Assembly: GCA_027460535.1 (NCBI GenBank)
Contig: JAPZAR010000005.1
Location: forward strand, 1 to 32,000
Origin: Candidatus Methanoperedens sp.
Lineage (GTDB): Archaea; Halobacteriota; Methanosarcinia; Methanosarcinales; Methanoperedenaceae
DNA: 32,000 nt
Direction: 5' to 3'
A model generated the notes under the pieces. It made no database searches and was not told the origin of the DNA. It worked only from the letters and a program-made list of their open reading frames with translations. Shown one piece after another: positions 16,725-23,494 of this stretch. The position numbers and the translations under genes are program-made. Position 1 is the first letter of the stretch. The number at the start of each line of letters is the position of its first letter.

Positions 16725-19700
16725 TCAACTGGAGTTCACCCGCTGGTAGTCCAGGTAAAGCGTAGCAATCTGGGTTGAACTTGCATTTACATCCAGATAG
16801 CGGACGAGAACATAGTATCTGTTTATCTGACTCACGCTTCCATCTGTTGTGGCTGTATCCTGGAGCAGCTCTCCTGCCTGCAGGGTAATGTTGAAGTTCG
16901 ACAGGGAATTACTGCTAAGGGTAGTCTTATTGTTCCAGCTCGAATTCGTGCCGTTCCAGATCTGGAGAGTGAAGTTATCATTCGATACATTGTATCTGAG
17001 CTGGAGCACCTGAGTTGTGCTGTCCGGGATACCCGTGGTATTGGTAGTAATGTTAAGGTCATAGACTGGCGTGTACCCGTGGATGCGCTGGTAGTCTATG
17101 GACAGGTTGCCCGGTCCTGTGGAGTTTTTGTCGATATACATTACGCTCACGTTTCCGGAATTGTATTCGGTACCGTTTAATGTATAGCTGAATACCGTCC
17201 ATGTGGATGAATTCAGGCTTCCCCTGTTGTTCCATGCCGTTCCGTTGAAAACATACACAGAGTAACCGCCGGCTGTGTCATTGCTGTAGTTTATTTCAAG
17301 GTAGTAGTTTGTATCTATAGGAACCGAGGAGGTGTTTGTTGTTATATTCAAGCTGGAAGAATTGAGCGTGATATCCGGGTTATCCCATCTGACTTCCATC
17401 CATCCGCAACCGCAGCTACCCATGCCGCCATCGCTGGTAACATCCAATGTAGCGTTCAATAGTATGGTGTAGTTAGTGCCGTTTTGACTGAAATCCGAGG
17501 GAGATATCGAAAAATTGTTATAATTTACCCAATTCATGCTGCTTGGATCGACGTAATCCATGGGGTAAATCAATGTTCTGCTGCGGTCTGGTTTAATTAG
17601 GGTAACATTAAACGTACCGTTTACTCTAAGGCCATGAGCAATTGGCACAGAAAGATTCCTCAGACTAAAGCTTAGGTTTCCAGAATATGGGGTTCCATTT
17701 ATCGATGAAATGTTCGGAGAACGCCATGATGCTTCTATAACGTCCCTTTTACTGCCCACGTTAATGCTTAGATTTACAAATAAGCTGCTAGGAGGGGTGC
17801 CAATACCGTCTGAACTGGTGTTACCGGCGAAGACTACATCCGTACAGACGCAATCAACAATAGTTCTATAAGAAAAAATCCATGAGCCGTTGTTGGTTGC
17901 AAAATTCGTCCAATTATTTCTTGCTTTGACCGCTGCTTCAGTGAAATTGGCAAAAGCCCCAGTGGCATTACTCTGCATATTTGTCCAGTTGGTTATGCTC
18001 CCTTTGGTCGTGGCATTGCTGTACACATAGGTATAATTGTTCCTCTGCGGTTCGCTAAATAAAGCCATTGCACCGCCATCGCTACCGTTCTGGGCATTGC
18101 TGAGGTTCGTGACGGTGCCGTTAGTGCTCAGGAAACCGAACACGTAGGTGAACACGGACGGGGTGGTGGCCGTATCATTCACCCATGTTGCATTCATATT
18201 GCCCGATGAATCCACAGTGCGTGTCCCTATGGTATGCGTAGAGTTGGGCCTGAAATAGTTCGCATTGAAGGACTGCGCAGGGCTGTTGCTCACGAAGACT
18301 CCGTCGATATACACCTGCGCATGGTCAAAGTCTGCATCTGCCGGGTTTGTCCACGTCCAGTTTATGGACAGCGGCGTAGTAGTATTGTGAGTTAGATTTG
18401 TTATGCTGGCAGGCGGCACAGCCTCCGAAGCACCTCCTGTGACGAACATATACTCGCTGCTGTTCACACTCGCATTGCCCGGGCGACTGCTGTTGATTAT
18501 GAAGTAATATGCAGTATAGGGAGTCAGGGGACCTAAAGAAACATTATGTGATGAATTCTGCACATCACAAATTACCCTTGTATAAATCCCCGCTACCTTT
18601 CCATAGCTTACGCAACCATTGCTGCTGACATTCGCTGGAATATCGAGAGAATTGAATATATATCCTCCTGGCGTTTGATTAGCCGCTACGGTCACGGTAT
18701 CGTTAGTATCCCATGTTATGATTGCGGAAAGGTTGGTTACACCAGCGATATCGATATCTGTTATTTCAAGATCCGTATCATTAGATGTATCCAGTGTCAT
18801 TTGGGCATTTCCACTGCCATCGGTTGTGACTGAAGCCGGAGATACGTTGCCCTCGCCGGCTGAAAAGGAGATGGTTTTGCCAGCATCGATCTGTCCTGTT
18901 CCGTTTTTTAACGTGGCTGTGACCGTGTATGATGGCCCGGTGCCTGTATATGCGAGGGATATGAACCCGTTCTGTGAGGATGCCGGGTAAGCGAAAGTAG
19001 TGGAATACGCTGGATCGGATATGCTTGAATCAATATAATACAGGCCTGAACCGGTTGTCTTGAGCTGTATATTTGCTCTGCCGTCAGGCCCCGATACCGC
19101 CGAACTCTGAAGGAGGGTAGCAGTCGAATAAGCATTTGTTGGTGCTCGCGTGCTGTTGACGCTGAAGCTTACTTGCTTGTTGGGAACAGGATTGTTGTAA
19201 AAGTCCTGTACTTCCACTTCAAGGCTGCTAATTCCATTTACAGGCAGATTGACATTCTGCGGAGTCACCCTGAAAAGCCTCACTGGCGGAGAATGGGCAG
19301 GGGGTTTTTTGGGCATGGTCGTGACCTGCGTTTCACCCATTCTTATTACTATGGAATCGAAATATGCTATGACAATGCCATTGGCAGTGTCTATTTTTTT
19401 GATCACAGCTCCCTGGTTTTGCAGGCTCGATGGGTTGTTTGGGTCAGTCCACCAGTCCGTATACCGTGTGTGAAGGGTAAGCCACACGTTATTACCCACT
19501 ACGGAATTCTTTGCCGCCGATGTGGAATAAATGTTCATCACCCTGCTCCCGATGTCTCTTATATTTTCAGGCTCGGTAGCATTCACACCCAGCAGATAGA
19601 GCGTGCCGTTGGCAAGGAGGGTCTGGGCGCTGTTTGTATAATTTGAGCCGTTGCGCCTTATCAACCCGTGCTCATAGGTGAAAGAGCTCAGGTTCGAAGT

Positions 19701-19892
19701 GCCGTGCAATGCGTAGGTTATTGTGCTCGTGCTCACGTTCTTGATGCTCGTTGCATCATCCATGCCGTCCGGAAGCACCTCATTGTACCGGACTTCAGCC
19801 CAGACATCTTTCTGGATGCTCAATGTGGTCCAGGCAGTCTCTTTCGGGTTGTAGACGAGAAATTTTGGTGAATACTTGAAACCCATGGTCAC
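16725..19892 (-). CDS. Large secreted surface protein (putative pilus-associated adhesin), lacking its own signal peptide
   Basis: The ORF is 1055 aa. Two Big_1-like Ig domains are recognisable (LEVEVQDFYNNPVPNKQVSFSV.. and TVTATLKNGTGQIDAGKTISFSA..). FN3-like modules follow (ITNLTHNTTTPLSINWTWTNP..). Two C-terminal modules of about 100 aa each end in (I/L)DYQR(I/V). I counted 68 N-x-S/T sequons by hand. There is no C-terminal anchor. Confidence 0.7.
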   Translation of the reverse strand: MTMGFKYSPKFLVYNPKETAWTTLSIQKDVWAEVRYNEVLPDGMDDATSIKNVSTSTITYALHGTSNLSSFTYEHGLIRRNGSNYTNSAQTLLANGTLYLLGVNATEPENIRDIGSRVMNIYSTSAAKNSVVGNNVWLTLHTRYTDWWTDPNNPSSLQNQGAVIKKIDTANGIVIAYFDSIVIRMGETQVTTMPKKPPAHSPPVRLFRVTPQNVNLPVNGISSLEVEVQDFYNNPVPNKQVSFSVNSTRAPTNAYSTATLLQSSAVSGPDGRANIQLKTTGSGLYYIDSSISDPAYSTTFAYPASSQNGFISLAYTGTGPSYTVTATLKNGTGQIDAGKTISFSAGEGNVSPASVTTDGSGNAQMTLDTSNDTDLEITDIDIAGVTNLSAIITWDTNDTVTVAANQTPGGYIFNSLDIPANVSSNGCVSYGKVAGIYTRVICDVQNSSHNVSLGPLTPYTAYYFIINSSRPGNASVNSSEYMFVTGGASEAVPPASITNLTHNTTTPLSINWTWTNPADADFDHAQVYIDGVFVSNSPAQSFNANYFRPNSTHTIGTRTVDSSGNMNATWVNDTATTPSVFTYVFGFLSTNGTVTNLSNAQNGSDGGAMALFSEPQRNNYTYVYSNATTKGSITNWTNMQSNATGAFANFTEAAVKARNNWTNFATNNGSWIFSYRTIVDCVCTDVVFAGNTSSDGIGTPPSSLFVNLSINVGSKRDVIEASWRSPNISSINGTPYSGNLSFSLRNLSVPIAHGLRVNGTFNVTLIKPDRSRTLIYPMDYVDPSSMNWVNYNNFSISPSDFSQNGTNYTILLNATLDVTSDGGMGSCGCGWMEVRWDNPDITLNSSSLNITTNTSSVPIDTNYYLEINYSNDTAGGYSVYVFNGTAWNNRGSLNSSTWTVFSYTLNGTEYNSGNVSVMYIDKNSTGPGNLSIDYQRIHGYTPVYDLNITTNTTGIPDSTTQVLQLRYNVSNDNFTLQIWNGTNSSWNNKTTLSSNSLSNFNITLQAGELLQDTATTDGSVSQINRYYVLVRYLDVNASSTQIATLYLDYQRVNSS

Positions 19893-20020
19893 TGAGAGTT
19901 CCAGACAGGAACGAAGGTTAACTGCACATTTGTAAGGATTGTGATGCCTATGGCCAGGAGAAGGATAGCCCCGAGGATGGGTGATACGGCCTCGTCGTCT
20001 TGCAGTATGCCATATCTCAT
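19889..20020 (-). CDS. 43-codon ORF encoding only a class III (prepilin-type) signal peptide; probable displaced 5' end of the adhesin gene
   Basis: It is too short to appear in the ORF track. It reads MRYGILQDDEAVSPILGAILLLAIGITILTNVQLTFVPVWNSQ-stop. The DEAVSP plus hydrophobic-helix motif matches the two pilin N-termini. Its TGA (19891-19889) overlaps the first codon of the 1055-aa ORF (19892-19890) in another frame. A TATA-like TTATTATAT lies about 24 nt upstream of its ATG. Confidence 0.6.
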   Translation of the reverse strand: MRYGILQDDEAVSPILGAILLLAIGITILTNVQLTFVPVWNSQ

Positions 20021-20043
20021 TATAATCATAATACTATGTTACC

Positions 20044-20052
20044 ATATAATAA
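20044..20052 (-). promoter_or_regulatory. TATA-like box for the signal-peptide/adhesin transcript
   Basis: The minus strand reads TTATTATAT, about 24 nt upstream of the ATG at 20020. This is leaderless spacing. Confidence 0.35.
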
Positions 20053-20190
20053 TCTTTGTCTCGCAAGCGGAATCCCGGCATCCCCTATGTAGCTATTCCT
20101 GATGTATCACGATTCATTTTCGGGCGTTTCCTGTGCCGCTTCCCAGAGCGTTAATTTTCGGAATATTTAAATAGCATCATTATCATTATA

Positions 20191-20204
20191 AACATTATAA
20201 TGTT
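20191..20204. promoter_or_regulatory. Perfect palindrome AACATTA-TAATGTT in the pilin promoter/5'UTR region
   Basis: I verified it by reverse-complementing. It lies between a TATA-like ATATTTAAATA (about 20163-20173) and the GGTGAT Shine-Dalgarno sequence (20215-20220) of the first pilin gene. Confidence 0.3.
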
Positions 20205-20226
20205 ATTCCAATGAGGTGATCTTGAA

Positions 20227-20661
20227 ATGGTTAAAAAGAGTAAGAAATCCGGCAAAAAAAAATTCAGTAAAGATGATGAAGCTGTTTCCGCAGTCGTAGG
20301 AGTTATTCTCATGGTAGCGATAACCGTAGTCATGGCAGCTATTGTTTCTTCCTGGGGCTCAGGAGTTAAGGCGCCCGCATCTCCTCCAACTGTAGGGATT
20401 GATATTTCCCGAAACACCTATAACATCACTTTAACGGTAACAGCAATAGACCCGCCAAGCGCCGCACCATTACCCAATATTTCAGCCAAATATGCTAACT
20501 CCACATTAGATATTGGCACCTATACATGGGGCAATCTATCAAACGTAAACGTAGGAGATTCAGTGGTAATAGGCGCCAATGAGTCTGGACCCAGCCGGTT
20601 AATTATTGTAGCCCAATATAAAGACGGATCAAAAAAAGTTCTCTATAGCCAGGATACGTAG
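20227..20661 (+). CDS. Archaeal type IV pilin-like protein (DUF1628-type N-terminus), pilin A
   Basis: It has a class III signal peptide: a basic N-terminus (KKSKKSGKKKFSK), then DDEAVSAVVGVILMVAITVVMAAIV. GAGGTGAT lies upstream of the ATG. The C-terminal beta-rich part is paralogous to the next gene. Confidence 0.85.
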   Translation: MVKKSKKSGKKKFSKDDEAVSAVVGVILMVAITVVMAAIVSSWGSGVKAPASPPTVGIDISRNTYNITLTVTAIDPPSAAPLPNISAKYANSTLDIGTYTWGNLSNVNVGDSVVIGANESGPSRLIIVAQYKDGSKKVLYSQDT

Positions 20662-20696
20662 CATTCCAGTATTCTTCTTTTTTGAGTGCAAGAATA

Positions 20697-21116
20697 ATGA
20701 AATCTGAAAAAGATAGATCTGGCAAAAACGATGAAGGTGTCTCTCCTGTCGTAGGAGTGATTCTGATGGTGGCAATTACTGTAGTAATGGCAGCTATTAT
20801 ATCCTCATGGAGCACGAGTGTCAAGAACCCGACCGCTCCGACCACCGTTGGTCTGAATATCCAGCGTTCCAGCTCAAATAATAACAATATTACTATTATC
20901 GTATCATCCATCGACCCCGTGAGTGCTGCACCCATACCCTATATAAATGCCACATATACGAATTCTTCAAACGGTAATATTGTTGCAAGCCTGGCAAATG
21001 CGAATGTAGGGGATTTGTCAACAGTACCTGCTAACGAAGCAGGGCCAAACAAGCTGGTGGTTACAGCAAAATATAAAGATGGTTCATCAAGAGTTCTGTA
21101 CAATCAGATTATATAA
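20697..21116 (+). CDS. Archaeal type IV pilin-like protein, pilin B (paralogue of pilin A)
   Basis: It reads MKSEKDRSGKNDEGVSPVVGVILMVAITVVMAAII. Its C-terminus (LVVTAKYKDGSSRVLYNQ) parallels LIIVAQYKDGSKKVLYSQ of pilin A. The ATG at 20697 is preferred over the TTG at 20682. Confidence 0.85.
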   Translation: MKSEKDRSGKNDEGVSPVVGVILMVAITVVMAAIISSWSTSVKNPTAPTTVGLNIQRSSSNNNNITIIVSSIDPVSAAPIPYINATYTNSSNGNIVASLANANVGDLSTVPANEAGPNKLVVTAKYKDGSSRVLYNQII

Positions 21117-21120
21117 TCCC

Positions 21121-21127
21121 TTTTTTT
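21121..21127 (+). terminator. T7 tract after pilin B (candidate archaeal terminator)
   Basis: TTTTTTT starts 5 nt after the stop codon. Oligo-T tracts are the usual archaeal termination signal. Confidence 0.35.
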
Positions 21128-21173
21128 ATTCCGGTCATGGAATTAAAGTGTTGTTTATTCAAGAGAAAGTATT

Positions 21174-21635
21174 GTGTCAAAAAATAGAGAAGCCGATAAA
21201 ATAAATTCAAGCATTAAGAAACGCATACTTGAAAATACCCTCGGGAAGAGCAGCGAGCATTATTTCATTCATACAATAGGTGTCATCATCATAACTGCGC
21301 TCCTAATCCCGCTTGCATTTCTCGTACTCGACTGGACATCCGGTATCAGACCCTCACCTGCACAGCCAGAGATATCGATCTCGGTAACAAGATCAGATCG
21401 GAACCTTGTTTCGGTCATGATATTATCCATCGGGCATAAAGAAACTGTCATAAAACACCTCTCATACAATACCTCTCAGGGTACCGGATTCATCAATAGA
21501 ACCGATAGCCCTTTTGAGTTCGTGCGAGATGTTGGGGATTATGGGGTTATCCCGTTATCAGGCTATAACGAATACCTTGAGATCACAGCCGTTCTTGGCA
21601 ACACAACGACCAGAATGTATAGCGGGAAAATATGA
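21174..21635 (+). CDS. Hypothetical N-terminally anchored protein, possibly a divergent minor pilin
   Basis: It has a GTG start, a charged N-terminus and a single helix (IGVIIITALLIPLAFLVL). The beta-rich body (ISISVTRSDRNLVSVMILSIG..) is similar in size and layout to pilins A and B. It lacks the DE(A/G)VSP motif. Confidence 0.4.
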   Translation: MSKNREADKINSSIKKRILENTLGKSSEHYFIHTIGVIIITALLIPLAFLVLDWTSGIRPSPAQPEISISVTRSDRNLVSVMILSIGHKETVIKHLSYNTSQGTGFINRTDSPFEFVRDVGDYGVIPLSGYNEYLEITAVLGNTTTRMYSGKI

Positions 21636-21655
21636 AATATTTACCTATAGCCTGT

Positions 21656-23494
21656 TCATGCCATGAACATAAAAAGGACATACGCAGCAGTAATCATTAT
21701 CAAACTATGTTTTAATCCCCGCCTGGCATCCCCTTCACCGATCTGCCCTGCGACAAGACCGGAAAAGAACCCTTCCAGGAGAGAGGCATGGAAAAAAAGC
21801 CTCACATACAATGGCTTATCAATGCCAGAAAAGGCTATGCCTTCTACCGTTTCCCCCACTGAATCGGCTGAAGATGCCTGCATCTGCGGAAGAAAACCGG
21901 TTACCAGCGACCAGATCACATATAGAAAAACAAAAAATGAGATATAAAGTATAACTATCTGCATCCTGGTCTCTCTTTTTCTGTCCTCTTCCAGCGACTT
22001 TGCGATCTGTGCATCGGTTGAGGCTATCATAAGTGTGTCTTTTATGTTTCCGGTCATCCTGCTGGCATTTTCTATAAGGACGACGACCCTTTGCACCGTG
22101 ACCGTGCTTACACGTTTTCCAAAATTCCGGAAGGCTTCAACTATACTGCCGTTCAACTCAATATCTGTGTTCAATTTATTTATTTCGGAATTCAAGATTC
22201 CAAGATTTGAGGACATAAGGCGTTTCAGGGATGCAGAAATGGTCAGGCCAGATTCATGAAGGTGGGAAAGCCTGCTCAGGAATTCGGGGAAATTCTCTGA
22301 TATCCGCTCAATCCTCCTGAAATGCGCTTCCACGAACAGCGCGTAAGGAACCAAAACAATAAGCGTTGTAAAAACGAGATAGTCATCGATCTTAGAAATA
22401 AGTTGGTCATACTCGAGGCCGTAGTAATTATAGGTTGAAAGAATAAAGAACATCAAACCAACTGGAATTGAGAGGGATAGTATTCTTTCCGGAACCTCTG
22501 TCAGTTTTTTTAAGGGGTTCTTGAGAAAATCGTAGATCTGCATTCGCATATTTGCTTTCTGGACGAGGGGATTTTTGCTGTCTTCTTTTGAATCCTCCTC
22601 AATTTTAATGCTGGAATTTGAACCTGTTCCCTCGGCCAGGGAAGAAATAAAAAGGATGAAGAGCAGAGATCCGCCAGGAATTAAAAGATAGACGATACTC
22701 AGAAGAAGGAGGAATTTTGCACCGCCTATAAGGCCCAGGACTACAAGGAGGACAATTATAAAAAGCGGGCCTGCAGCAAGACCGGTGACGTATATCTCAG
22801 AGAAAAGGCTCAGTGTCTCCATGAACGCTTTATTCTCATTCAACGCTTTCAGCCTGTACTGCTCGGATTTAGCAAGAAAAAATGCAACCAGGTTCCCGCC
22901 GCTCGTGATCAATGTTGCAAGGCTCTCAAGAAAATTCTTAAAGCTTTCAGAGGGTGAATTGGATGCCGAGTTTTTCAATGAGGACTTGATGTCAAGGTTC
23001 AGGATCCTGGTATCTACCAGCAAACCCGCGGCTTCACGTGAAATCTCTCCATAGATATCTTTGTTCTTTACAATTATTTCAAAAAAACTGATGATGTCGC
23101 TGTTCCCACGGCTCAGTGCATGCATCAGGGCAATTGTGTGAGGCATTACGATATCTATCTTTCGGCCCCGGATCTTTGCCTGAAAGGATGGATAGAATAA
23201 CACCGCGTTATAAACGGTGAAGCCAAAAATGAGTGCCAATAAAGGTATAATCAAAAATGAGATATTCCCGAGTATCGGCGTTAATCCGTCCTGGATAAGA
23301 ACATACACGAATACCCCAAGCGGCAGCGATAAAAATACAGAAAGGAAATAAGCTCTTGAAATATACACCGCGAAAGGCACGCCAATGCGGGCCTGGGCAT
23401 ATTTATTAGCGAGCTCGGGATTATCTTCTGCTTTTGCCGATCCACGCCGCCCGAATAAAGTGTATGAAATGCGGTCAATGACATTAGAGCTCAT
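21656..23494 (-). CDS. FlaJ/TadC-like polytopic membrane platform protein of a type IV pilus/archaellum-type system
   Basis: This 612-aa protein has multiple TM segments separated by two soluble helical regions, the T2SS-F-like layout. Its ATG overlaps the stop of the upstream ATPase gene (ATGA). Confidence 0.75.
   Translation of the reverse strand: MSSNVIDRISYTLFGRRGSAKAEDNPELANKYAQARIGVPFAVYISRAYFLSVFLSLPLGVFVYVLIQDGLTPILGNISFLIIPLLALIFGFTVYNAVLFYPSFQAKIRGRKIDIVMPHTIALMHALSRGNSDIISFFEIIVKNKDIYGEISREAAGLLVDTRILNLDIKSSLKNSASNSPSESFKNFLESLATLITSGGNLVAFFLAKSEQYRLKALNENKAFMETLSLFSEIYVTGLAAGPLFIIVLLVVLGLIGGAKFLLLLSIVYLLIPGGSLLFILFISSLAEGTGSNSSIKIEEDSKEDSKNPLVQKANMRMQIYDFLKNPLKKLTEVPERILSLSIPVGLMFFILSTYNYYGLEYDQLISKIDDYLVFTTLIVLVPYALFVEAHFRRIERISENFPEFLSRLSHLHESGLTISASLKRLMSSNLGILNSEINKLNTDIELNGSIVEAFRNFGKRVSTVTVQRVVVLIENASRMTGNIKDTLMIASTDAQIAKSLEEDRKRETRMQIVILYISFFVFLYVIWSLVTGFLPQMQASSADSVGETVEGIAFSGIDKPLYVRLFFHASLLEGFFSGLVAGQIGEGDARRGLKHSLIMITAAYVLFMFMA

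Noticed and set aside
19173-19646. Plus-strand ORFs (19173-19646, 18718-18990 and 19668-19871) antisense to the adhesin gene.
   Set aside because: They lie fully within the 1055-aa minus-strand ORF. They have no motifs and probably arise from the skewed codon composition of that gene.
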